Source: Lingula anatina
Lineage: Eukaryota; Animalia; Brachiopoda
NCBI GenBank assembly: GCA_051362555.1
Contig: CM120643.1
Span: 3,410,001-3,474,000, forward strand
Direction: 5' to 3'
Length of the DNA: 64,000 nt
Every line of letters starts with the position of its first letter. Position 1 is the stretch's first letter. Positions 12,737 to 25,600 of this stretch are shown one piece after another. The notes under the pieces are model-generated. The model did not search any database. It was not told the DNA's origin and saw only the letters and a list, made by a program, of their open reading frames with translations. Both the position numbers and the translations under genes were made by a program.

Positions 12737-15042
12737 AACATAAAGCATAGTAACTAGTGCACTAAAGTTATAGAGAGTCTTTCTTTTTATAAATACAGAT
12801 GCATTAATATTTCATTTAATTGGACTGATTTACCAGTATCTTGCTAGGCCAAAGTATAGGTAGACAAGATCAGACCAACACTTGGGCTAAAGCTATTTTG
12901 TGAAACTAAACCTAAATGGCCATGTAATCTTTTAAAATTTCTTAGCTGCAGCAATCTGAAGATCAGATGGCATAATATTTTCTAGTTTTATGGTTTAAGT
13001 TGGTATAAGGCTTTGAATACTTCACCAAGAAACTTGTGTGCTTCTGATGAGCCATCAGCAAAACAGAAGTTGGCCATTTAATTTTTTAATTAAACATTTG
13101 GTAAAAATAATCATTCTATTTTATAAGCCTGCTCCTTATCATGTGTTGAGCATTGTTTAGCATGAATAAGACCATAATTGATAATATTGTGGTAAATAAC
13201 ATGTAAGTGTCAATTATAAAATTGGTTGGAATTTTAATGTCAAAGTACTCTGTTTGTTTTGTTTTCAAACCACATTTAATAAATAATCTGTGAAATGCTC
13301 TCGATGTGAACTTGAAGGAGCTGCATTAATTAATTCTTGGACACTAGGCATCAAGTAATGGACAGCATTCATTATTTATTTATTTCTTAATTTTTCAACA
13401 TTGTCTGAACACCATATACAGTGTATATATATATATCATCATGGCACATTAAGAGATAGAGAAAGAGAGAGGGAAAGAATTACAGTAGTGGCATAACAAG
13501 ACTTTCGCCACTACGAAACAGAAATGTGGCAATTAGTTTTACCTTGTAGCAACTTTTAAATTTTGAAAATATATTGCAAAAATATTGGAATTTTTCTAGC
13601 TTTAATTTCCTTATTTTATATTTTTAATTTCTTGGAAATAATTTAAAAATGGATGCTTAATACTTTGTTCTAAAGAATTTGCTCCCCCTGTCACAAATCT
13701 TTCTTCTCATAAATCCATAAACAAGTGCAAAAAATACTAAAACAGTATGTTAAATTATTAAAATTATATTAAAAGCAAAGAAAAAAGACAATTCTAAAAG
13801 CAGAACTTCCAATTTTAGTATAACGTAGTTTGAAGCAATTTTTTTTATTTATAGGAAATACATGCAAGAAAAAACAAATTGATGGAAGTCTTTTTTTGTT
13901 TTTTTTTTCAAACATTACTCTTTACACTCACGTCCCAGTAAAAATCGACACAACCTGCACCATTGTATCACTCATGGTACTTCATTACTCTTTCCCAAAG
14001 GTAAGCTGGGTGATGATGTCATTTTTGTGGAAACATTCTCAAAGGAGGGTATAAAAATGTGCAGAGCTAGCAATCAGTCAGACAATTTTATTGTGAATAT
14101 CTAGTGAAAAAAAACCCTGTGATCCAAGCAGAGGTTAACATTCCACACCTAGTACAAAATTGCATGATGATAGCCCTGCATAACAGATGGAGCCCTGATC
14201 AAATATCAATTACCAATTTCAAAAAGGGGTAAGTTCCTGAAGAAATCATTGATTCACCACAACAGATAAAAGCTTTTCAGGTAAAAAAAACACCACAGTT
14301 CAAAACATCTTAGTGCCCAGCTGTGCTAGAGCAGTATTCAAATGTGAAGAGCAATATGATCTTAACAAAACATTTGTCACATAGGTGGCAGATACTTTTT
14401 GCTAAAAATGCTCACAAAAATCCCCACTATTTTCAACAACGAAGCAATGTAGTGAAGGTGTTACAATTAAGTTTGAGCTACAACTTGGTTGCCTAATATT
14501 AAGACACCAGAGCTCAGATAGACAGTTTGTTGTTTTATATGATATGATGAAGTGATCATTTCTGATACTTTAAGGTAAGAAATTCAAATCAATAGAGTGA
14601 AATAACTTCCAAATTTAACAGCTAAGATTAAGGTACTATATCTATAGCTTGTTTTTTAGAAGGGGAAAAAGAAGGGTAAATTTAATGGAAAATCTTCAAA
14701 ACTTCATTTCATTAACCTTCTTTCATCTTTTTCAATATAGTACCAGTAAGATATACATGCAGTTAAAACAGAATTTTCTTCCTAATTACCTGTACTACAA
14801 GGTTTAAAAAACTAATTTGAAAATAGCTATTTTGTCTATTACAGATGACAATTATTTTGTATAAAAAATCGCACCCAAAGTAAAGTTCCCATCAGCCTCT
14901 ACATACAGTCCTCACTAACACAGTTATGCCAACAAACCACCTTCTACAACTCGAAACCTTATATCAAGAAAACTGAACAGACATTTTGCTAATTTTTATG
15001 GAAAGTGGACATTTCTTTTGTATTCAATAAAAAATATAGTCA

Positions 15043-15750
15043 AACAAGACAGCAAAGCTGTCAAATATACAGACAAAAAAAATAAATAAAGATGCAAAAA
15101 TAGGTCATTTTGTCAATTGTGATGCAATAATAAATAAGGCTTATGATAGCACAGTTATGGGTGGCCAAAAGGGCAAAAATTCATGTCATCGATTCAGTTA
15201 TGTTTCGTAAACAGTTAGACGATCGATAAGAATAGTTTGACGATCTATGAGAATAGTTTCACGCTCGACGAAAATAGTGACAGCATTGGTTTTAATACAC
15301 TGTTGACAAGAAATGTTTGACAATTGAATTGATGAAAATAGATGCTGAATTTATGATAGGGTCGTTTAAACTTGAAACTGAATCGTTAAGAAGGCACTGA
15401 ATCGACAAAATATAACTGAATCAATGACATGAATTTTTGCCCTTTTGGCCGCCCATACACAGTCAGTCAACAATGGGTTTTAATCATGCACAATAGGTAA
15501 CATGGTCAATAACAGGAGCAGATCCAGAGATATTTTCTGACAGCATTCGAAAGTATCTTTTTTGATCCATCCTTTATTTTTGATGGCCTTCCAACAGAAT
15601 AAAATAGATACCCATCAATGTAAACCCAGAAGATGGTCTCAATCCACCCCATTCAATAAGATTACAGTTTCAGGACCATGAGAGGTCAATGAAAGTCCAA
15701 TATTTGAAAAAATGATGACAGTGCATAAGTAATATTACATAATGTTTTTA
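15043..15750 (-). mobile_element. HINE-like copy 4, 3' fragment, inverted
   Basis: Reverse complement of ~1620-2045 / 10100-10524, including the terminal hairpin and sub-TIR (AACAAGACAGCAAAGCTGTCAAATATACAGACA). Confidence 0.75.
15156..15457. mobile_element. 302-bp MITE with long TIRs and a 6-bp TSD
   Basis: TATGGGTGGCCAAAAGGGCAAAAATTCATGTCAT... / ...ATGACATGAATTTTTGCCCTTTTGGCCGCCCATA. CACAGT duplicated at 15150-15155 and 15458-15463; single in the sister repeat near 10415. Confidence 0.9.
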
Positions 15751-16807
15751 AGAGGCCAATTAAGTCAGCAAGCATTGAGCTTTGCCTGTAAAATCACTGA
15801 AAGTGATGAAAAACAGATTTTTCTTGATATTAACATATTTGGTAATGCTTATAATGAGGAAAAAGAAAAAAAAGGTAAAACTTCAAATAAGTGTCTGTTG
15901 CCATGGCAACAGGCATTTTCAGGGCCATTTTTTTCATATAGAGCTGTAAATGGACTTCCTAGCAGGCATAGTGACATTGGATCAATGTTGAAAACATTCG
16001 GTCGATTGTAGTTAATGCAAGATCTTGTGGTATTGACTTCAAGAACGTTTCCCCATCTGCATGTATATTTCAATCGAACTTGAAAATAAATTGCTTATTC
16101 TTCCGAAACTTTTTATTGCTAGCAAATGCTATATATGGTCTATATGAAGGTGTTTAAGACGTATCCTTCCTACTGTGGATATTTAATTTCATCCAGAACA
16201 GACCTTTTTTTAATTCTTCAAAATCTCCCCCCCCCCCCCCCCCCCCCCCCCCACTTCACTGGCTTGAAAATTTACCGAGTCTTGCCGACGATGTGGTCGA
16301 ACAATCAGAACAAGAAAAAAATTTTTTCGCATGATTTTGACGTATGGACTAAATGTTTCAGCCAAGGAAAACTAATTTTATGATATATTTTTTTTGGTCA
16401 GATTGACTGGACCTGTCAAAATGCTTGGCACATTACCATAGTGTTTTTCTATACCATTGTTGGCTGACATCGGCAGCTCTTTGAGAACTTCCAGTGTTCC
16501 CAGAAAACCAGTGGACAGCTGGGCAAGTTCGTCATACAGTAATGTGCCATGAGTTTCAAATGGCTCTGAGTGAACTTAAAATCGGCCGTCTGGAGTAATT
16601 TATGGACCATGAATTTTAACCAGTTAGCAATTTTGCGCGATCTTGATCTTAAGAAATTATTACAAAAAAACAAACTTTTAGAGATCATTACAGATTTCAG
16701 ATTTCTTGCTATAACTGCTACTTTATGGTAAAATAGAATAATATTATATTTCTATTAGTTGTTTACAGTGTATTTATTGTGAAATATAGATCTGTTATGA
16801 AGACTTG

Positions 16808-17098
16808 TTATCAATGTGCGATGTCGGAGTAGTTATAAGAGACAACACAAACAACGTCTTCAGTTCCAAATCGTAAAGTTCCTTTATTTTTCTTTGAATC
16901 AAATTTTATATTATATTACCAGACAAAATAACATTTTTTAATGTTTATTTTTTTTTTTATTTCTCTTGAGAAAATCTAGAAGGCAACTCTCACACCATAC
17001 CTATTACATTCCAACGCATCTTTGACTTTGCTTTCATTTAGGTATGTGGGAAAAGAAAACCTTCTAGTATCTCATCTTCGAAATAACAATATCATAAT
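16808..17098 (-). repeat. 3' LTR of the Gypsy element
   Basis: Matches 37828-38117; the only difference I saw is one extra T in a poly-T run. Confidence 0.95.
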
Positions 17099-17100
17099 TG

Positions 17101-17111
17101 CTCTCCTCTCC
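17101..17111 (-). other. Polypurine tract
   Basis: Minus strand GGAGAGGAGAG just upstream of the 3' LTR. Confidence 0.85.
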
Positions 17112-18863
17112 AAATAAGTTTTGAGCCTCAAAACTTTTTCACAAATTAAAAAGATCAAATTAAAATAATTAATTAATTAACTCTATAATTCACTCTATAA
17201 TACATTAAATTTAAACTACTTAAACTAATTTGATTAAAAACTTCATTTAAATTTAAATTGAATTAAACAATAGCAATGTAATAATTTTGTTGATATAAAA
17301 CACACAAATAAAATAAAATACAATATTCATAATCACAAGTAAATATTACAATATTTAACACATATAACTTGCATAAGGCTAAGTACTTTTAATATTATCT
17401 TTACTTGTAGTCCTTTAATTGCCTTAATCATAAAAAAGTTTAACAATGGTAAACCAGTCCTGTTTATCTTCATGTAATCATTCAATTATTATGACATATT
17501 CACAAAAAAAATCCTTTAAATATGTTTAAGCAGATATATATATTAATATGCTGGTTTCATTCAAAATATAAACACAAATAACTATCTATATATGATTTTG
17601 AAATATTTAATATTAAAAAAATGAACATTCAAATATCAATATTTCTATTTATAATAAACATTTAAAATTATCATTACTCTCAATTTAGACTTTATTTCTT
17701 TATTTATGGCTATATAATCTCTAAATATCATTACTGCATAGATATATTCAATTATTTTTGATTGAACTTGCACCATATATATACTACAAAAAAAAAATTA
17801 TATAGATAATACATTGCAAAGCATATATACTTATAAACACCTATTCATCAATCACAATTACTGAGTAATTTATCATTTTCAATTAACTAATTGCTTCTTG
17901 ATTGTTACATTACAATTGTCTACTTTATTGCTAATGATAAACAAATAACTATGCAAGATTATTAAATATGTTATATTATTCCTTAACATGATATATAAAA
18001 ATTATGAGGCAAAGACAAGTAACTGTAAAAAATAAACATGCAATACATATATTTACAAACAAAAGCCAGGCAAATATAAGTAAGAGCAGAAAAAGCAAGT
18101 GTTTGAGTTATCCATCCTCCTTTTGCATATTTACACAAAAACAATCTAATTTTGGCACAATGCTAATTTCTCTCCTCCCTTAAAAAAAATATTTATTCAA
18201 TGATAAACCAGAAATTGACAATGGGCAAAATTATAAACTGCTCTTATATAGTCAATTCAATAGCAAGACAATTCTTTGAACTTTTCTTCCTTTTACATAC
18301 CCCAATCAAGATGGCAATAAGTAAAATAATAACAATGCATGATGCTATAATTGATAAGCTTTTCATGTTCAACTATTCTATTCCATTGAAACCAAGTTGA
18401 TGTTGGCATTAGTAAAAACAAAACATGGATTTGCCTTGACCTTTTGAATTGCCAGTACAGTTGTTGATAAAACTTTCACTTCGTAAGCTACTGCTTATGA
18501 AAACAAAATTGTCATTCTTTCAATAATTAAAGCTATGTAGGTTAAAGTTTCATTAAAGTTATCATTACATCTGGTAATTCAACATCTCCTGTTAATAAAA
18601 TTTCACTCAAAGACTAAAAAATAATGTGGTCCTTTTCCATTGTCTCTGCCAATGTACCAAGCCTTACACTTATTTGTGAATCATTGGCTAAAAATTCTCT
18701 AAATTAATGTGACACAGTGAATCCCACGATCCACTTTAAACAAATATTTAATCTAGATCTACTCCTTATCTAGACCAGCTAAAAATAAGGTTAACGTTAT
18801 TTCAATCCAGAAAAAATAGATATCCTCCTAACAATAATAATAGATGTTTTAATTAAGTAGCTA

Positions 18864-19989
18864 CTACTGACTTCTTTTTCTTTTTCCCTTTCATTGTTTT
18901 ATTTGCATGAAACTCTCTTATTAAAATGGAAGGTACCCTATCTGCAGTAACCCAATCAGATTTTTAAAGGTATTTCCATTTAATTCTATACCACTTTGTA
19001 CCCCTGTAATTAACACATTTGATGATTTTTTCTGCTTCATCATAGCGTTCTTTACTTTCTTGGGGTTGTTTATCAACATCTTTTTGACTTCTATTTTCAA
19101 CTGAACTATCCTCATTGTCCTGAATTAATTCCTCAGAGACGTTTTGTTCATTTTTATCATTTCCCACACTCTTTTCTTTTAAAGATTCCCTAATAACAGG
19201 ATCTACGTAAGGTTTTAACCTGTTGGCATGCACAGGAGACCTTAGTTGTTTGTTACTCTCACATTCTCCTAGTAAATATGTAGCCCTTCCTACACATTTG
19301 GCTATGTAATATGGTCCACTATATTTTTCTGTAAGTTTGGGACTCATACCTTTCTTTACTTGGTGATTTTTTAACCAAACCACGTATGTTTCCTTGAAAA
19401 CTGGGAATTCTGCATTTTTATTATAATTTTTGCAATCTTTGTGTTGAGACTCTTTTTTCAATAACATGGCTGCTTGCCTCCCTGTTTCTAATTCAGAAAG
19501 TTTCTCCTTTACAAAGGTCTGTAAAGATGATGTTATATCTTTCTCTGGCTGAACTATCCTATCAAAAGGAGTCTCCATTTCCATTCCAAACAATATATGA
19601 AAAGGTGAATAACCAGTGGCAGTTGATGGTGTTGATCTGTATGCCATCATCACTGAAGGAAGTAAAGATGCCCAATCTTTTTGATTTTTCGCACAGATTG
19701 ATCTCAAAGCTTGGCTAATGAAACTGTTCATTCTCTCACACACACTGTTACTTTGTGGATGATATGCAGAAGTACACACTCTTTCTATCTGATAGATGTC
19801 ACACAAAGCTTTAACCAACTTTGACCTAAAATTTGCACCTCTATCTGAAACTAAAACCTTTGGTGCCCCATATCGAGTAAAGACTTGAGAATACAATATT
19901 TCTGCAATTTCAGAAGCCTCTTGAGTTTTCAATGGAGATGCCTCTGGCCAACGAGAAAATGACTCTACCACTAACAAAATATATTTATA
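18864..19989 (-). pseudogene. pol: Gypsy pol 3' part: integrase core, GPY/F module and chromodomain-like tail with one in-frame TAA
   Basis: YKYILLVVESFSRW..LVSDRGANF..YHPQSNSVCERMN (D,D35E core), KYSGPY..VHANRLKPY, then AEKIIKC..WYRIKWKYL*KSDWV..LIREF ending at TAG 18866-18864. Confidence 0.93.
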
Positions 19990-20796
19990 CAGCTACAGGA
20001 TTAATTTCGAAGACACTTTAATAGCCTTGGTTTATAATCCTTATGGTAGTTAAACGACTATTATCGGTGCGTTAATTATAGGGAATTAAACCTTAAGCCG
20101 TTGGGACCCAGCAGCGATAAATACTACTCTAACTCGGCCTAAATTTACTCAGCTCGCTTTTAGCCACCCACTGTGAGCAGGACACCATCATCAATAGAAA
20201 AATACTCCTGCACTTTCATTAAGATAAACAGGGTGATAAACCCGATGGGGTGAAAATACCGGCCTTTGTTAGTCAGAACAATAGCAGCCCTCGGATCGCG
20301 TCGCGTATTTCTCGAATTAAATGCTCTCAAATTGCCTTATACTGTTGAATAACCACGAAGAAAAAATAATAACTGAAAGTCCTTGAATAATCCCACCTTT
20401 TATAATACTTTTTTTTTTACATTTCAAATGACGAACATTTTGCTGTTGCGAAACACGCTAGTAAAAATCGCGCACTATCTTTCCCGACTTGGGTTTATTC
20501 AATTTGATGCACTATAAAATTAAGAAATTTAAAAGTTATAATTATATCATTGTCAAGGTATTTAATTTCAATTTAAAAAAAATAAATAGTGTATGTATCA
20601 CAGCTGCATAAATTTTCAACATTTTTCTAGTCGTACACCATGATACACCGCAGTAGGGTTATAAGATTGCAGTCATTTTAATTATTCGTATGACAAACAA
20701 ACTGCCAAATTATGAAAGGGGGCACCTTCCGGACCTCCATACATACGGCACCTGGCAAAGCTGATAGACAAAAAGGCAATTTTCAAATTTTCAGCG

Positions 20797-21120
20797 CGAG
20801 ATCGTTTGCAATCCGAGAGAGACGAAGAGGCAATTTTCATATCTGCTAAAAAGACTTCGTTAGCCCAGGGAATTATATCCGATATAATTCCCTGGTTAGC
20901 CAAAGAGCAAGACGAGAACGCAAGTTTCGTATCGTCAGCGGGAGATCGTTCGCAATCCGAGTGAAACGATAATGCAATTCTCATATCCGTTCAAAAGCTT
21001 CTGTTTGCGGAAGATCGTCAGCCGGAGATCGTTCTCGATCTAAGCGAGACGAAGAGGCAATTTCATATTCATTCATGGGGATTGGTTCGCAAAAGAGTGT
21101 CAGCGGCAGATCGTTATCGA
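20797..21120. repeat. Degenerate sub-repeats inside the TA element
   Basis: GAGATCGTT(T/C)GCAATCCGAG..GACGAAGAGGCAATTTTCATAT-like motif near 20797, 20941, 21024 and, partially, 21107. Confidence 0.7.
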
Positions 21121-22640
21121 TTGTTATTAACCCTCCCTTCCCATTGAAATTTATTATTTTATAAAATATTTTCCACTTCATCACACTCCCACCCCATTTT
21201 GGACAGCCTGTATCCCAATACTAGGAAAATGGCTTGGTTCTGGGTGAAATGATGTAATTGAACTTAATTGAATAGCCGCAATGTATTTAATTTTATCTGA
21301 TTTTATTACTGGTGAAAACTTAGCTATGATATTTGGCGAATTAAATTTATTTTAAATTTACATTTAACCGTACCTGGGAATTTTGAAAATCTGTACTTAG
21401 AATTCTAAAAGGTCAGGTTACGCCCCTGATCCTTAACCTACCCCTCGCTGGTTAATTACTAGTTTACTTAACATCACAAAACGCAGTAGATCACTTTCCT
21501 GAAACCGCACTAATACGTGTATCAACAGATTTGCTCGCGGGGTTTATGTAAAGGGTGGTTGATTTTAACTTGTGTATAGGCAGAGCTTAGGTTTTGCGTA
21601 GCTCGTGAAGTTTATATGCACTTTTTCTCAAAAGTGTTTTAACATGTCCTGCCCCACCAGTCAGCTTTTGTTCATTACATCCGGGATATAGCGGTTTCGT
21701 TCGTGTCTCTGAAATATATGAGTCGTCGTAGAAACTTCCAACACTTTACTTGCTTCATGAAAGTCTGCCCTTCCATATCAAAGTCGAACATTCTGCGTGT
21801 GTTGCTAGACTTTGTTTTGATTATTTTTAACGACACAAGTTGATAGAAGTCTTAGCCGCCCTGACGCGTTAACAAGAGTTGCAGCTCTTTGTTAGTAACG
21901 AGCAGTGGTGGGTGGAAGGGTATCACGTGATTTTCGGGAGCCAATGAAAAAAGCGGAAATTTTACAGTCCGTAGTATGTACACAAAAGATCGCGTTTACC
22001 GCAAAATACCAGGAAATAAAAGTTTCACAGGTGCGTACATGAAATTCTTACATTATTTATATAAAATAGTTTTACGGATCCAATAAGACATATGTCAAGA
22101 ATAATCTTGCTACATAACTTTTAAATCTGTGCTATACTTAATATTTTATCACGACTTGTAGTGGACAGTACTGTGTTTTTCATCGGACAATAATAATCGG
22201 AGGTTTTACCATAAACACCCCAACTTTCGAGTGGGTTATCTCGAAAAGCACTCGGACGAATCTTTTTAAAATTTCCTCAAGCTTTCATCGTATATTGAAT
22301 TTTTAAAAAAGTCGATGGCACCCGATGGCACCCCTGGATCTTAAGAGTTATAGGCAGAGAAGTGTTGCATATAAATAGATTTACTGATTTGTAGAATCTT
22401 AGCTAGTATAATTCATGTAGATGGCCCGATAGACTGAAATGTTGTACAATATCATTCCCAATGTGTTAGAAAGTATAATAGCTAAACAATATCAGATTTA
22501 GAAATAACAACAGTGATCAAGAGTTATTTGCAGATGTGGTATTTTACAGTTGTTGAAATCCTACCGGTAGTATACTCAGCTAGTACTCGTACTGTACAGC
22601 AGTTTATAACATACAAGTAAACATAAGTGGGCGAGAGAAG

Positions 22641-25600
22641 ATGGACGAGGTAACTAACTATTTTGTTCATTATGTACACATTTAATGTAATAATATAATT
22701 CCATGGTTAAGTAAGGCATTGCATTTATGTATCTCAACATTTAAGTCATTATTAATAAGTGCCTCTCAGTAACTTACTGTACATTGAGAAGTCTAGTGGT
22801 AATTAATTGCTATTTGGTTACTTTAATAGATGCTGGAATATGGAAAAAGGTGTCGGTCAACTCCAACTGGTTCTACACCTGTGCAAAAGGAAAAACATGG
22901 TAATTCTTTATTAAATCTTTAAGACCATCAATTTGCTTTAACTGAAATGTTTAGTTATAGCTAAAACACACATTGAAAGTCAGGTAAATGGCACTGATTG
23001 GTACATTGAAGATATGTTTAGGTGCAAAGATCTACAGTAGTCATGTATTGATTGAGTTTTCATTATAGTTAGAGCCACGTCTGCCAGGTCTCTCTTCCCA
23101 AATTACAATGATCCATGGCAGAGTAATGAGGTTAGAAAGTTAGTGGAGTTCATTGGAATAGCAGACTCCACATTAACCTCATGCAATGAACACCAGTGGC
23201 CTTCTTCTAAAAATCGCTCATTTTGGCAAGAATGTGCTGAATTTATCAGCAAGGAGGCTGGCACTGTACAAAGATCTGGTAAATTGAAAAGATTTTAGAA
23301 ACTTTCAATGTTTCTTTTTATTGTTGTGAAGTGTTACCTGGTACTTACTTGTTTGTAGTTGTTAAGGATTATAAAATGTAACTAACATTTCATTTCGATG
23401 TATTTCTGAATCCAATGAATTAATAATAATTTTTGTTAATTTTGTTATTTTTTACTAGCAGATTATGGTGGAAGTTTCCAGTCAGGTTTCCTTGCTGCAA
23501 GTTAAACTACAACTGTTCGGGTGGAAGGGATTATTTTTAGGGAAAAGATTTTGTTGATTTTTACTTTTCTGACATACACCTTTGTTTAAGTTTGCTTCAT
23601 TTTGTTCTAGATGGTTATTTAAATTTTGGCTATAAGTGATGAATAGCACTCTGTGAAACATTCTTGAAGATGATTTTCAATTCAAAATGTGCTTGTTCAA
23701 TTTGCTGTGATTGGGGGTGGGGTATTAAACTGTCATGTATTGCACTTGACATGCCCCGTCAATACCCTGATACTCTCAGCATACTAAAAACAAAAGCACA
23801 ATGTATGTATGTATATATATATAGTAAATTTTAATTTAAAAAAAAAAGACCTTAAAGATTTTAAAAAGATTTTAAATAAGTTACGTTCTTTACCGCTGCA
23901 TGCTGTGGTAACTTATACAGCAACTTGTTTATCACTTTTTGTTTTGTTCAAATTTCAATAATAATCACCTTTTTCTTTTTTATTTTTTTTTAGGAAATGC
24001 TTGCAGGACTTATGCCTTGAAGCATCTAGCAAAAAAATTTGACTCTGTAGAAAAGGCTGAAGATCATTTTGGAGTTTATGAACTTGAAGAGGAAAGTGGA
24101 AAGAAAAGTCCAATTGTTGAACATGAAGATGATATTGAATTGATAAAAAGAAAGACCAAAGACATGGACACTGGCCAAATTTTTCATTTGATTGATTTTT
24201 TATGCCAGGAGTTGATAATTGGTGAAAAAGTGTTACCGGCCAATTTTTTTGAATCTCTTCTTTCTTTGGTTCAAACAGAAAATAGAACTCTAATACTTAA
24301 TTTTATAGATGCTCTTAAAAAGGATAGACTGACGCCAGGCAAAATGCCACATGGAATGATTTCATACATTTTTAGTTTTTTATCCAGTGAGGAGATGGGT
24401 CAGGTGATGAGATGCCCGCCTGACTATGAAGCATACATGACAACCATGTATGCCCACTTTGGGAACAAGTGGATATCTCTACATAATGGGCCAATGTGGA
24501 CTGGTACATGTAAGTGCAGACCTTTTATTTATTATTTTATTTAAAGTACTAATTAATGTATGGTTCATTATAAATAAAAAAGTAAGACAGATTTAAACTT
24601 AATTGTTTCTTATATAATTCTGATTTATGAAGCATACTTGTATCTATAGGTTCTGAGAGTACACGAGAAAACTCTGTAGGGAGGGGTAGAGTAGATCACG
24701 ATGAAATGGAAACAGACCACAGTTATAGTGCTGGAACAGAATCAGCTGCCCATGAAGTTGAACTTGCTGGACGGGACCTTCTCAGAGAGGCCATTGATAT
24801 GACTGTAGGTCCATTAGAATGGTGAGTAAATTTAATGGACTCGTTTCTCCCAAATCTATCAGTACACACTTGATGTAAATTTAATGGTTTCTATTTATAT
24901 CATAGTACATATAAGCGTAGACTTTTAGTTTATATAGCATGGCAATAATGACATTTTGTACAATATGAGAGATAAAAAAGACTTTTCTTTTTTACACAGT
25001 TCAACATCAAGATCAACTCTATGGGCAGCTGATTCTGTTTCAGACAGAATGGAAATAGATGAGGGAGATCTCAGCATTGAACACATTGAAAGGCAGCATG
25101 GTTTAGTGAAAGTCAATAAGCACAAACCTATGCAATTGAAGATCATAGAGGTAGGATCAATAATTATTCGAAATTACATTCCATTTAGTTATTGCTATTA
25201 TCATAGATAAGTTTTGTTTACTAATTTTCATTCCATCACATTTACATCTTCAGTACATTTCTGTACACCTCTTTAAAAAAACTTTGATTTACAGGCAAAG
25301 TGCAATATTCCTGGCATCAGTGGCAGGTCCATAAGAAATAAAATAAAGATGTCTGGACATTTTGGATCTAACTGTACGGGCACTTCTGTCCAGATGGGAA
25401 TGATCCATAAAGCCAAGCAATCTAACCCCAGTGGAAAGTGGATTATCAAGTATGATCTAACTGATGTCACTCCTGCCCTAAGGGAGAGTGTCAAACACGT
25501 GTGGGCCGGGGATGTAGACATCGGGGACGGGGAGGTGCAATTTTTACACATGTGCTACAGGGACAAAATAAAGGCTGTCGGAGAAATAAACAAAGGTAAC

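Noticed and set aside
17112-18860. Possible env or extra ORF between pol and the 3' LTR
   Set aside because: Very AT-rich with no substantial ORF on the element strand.
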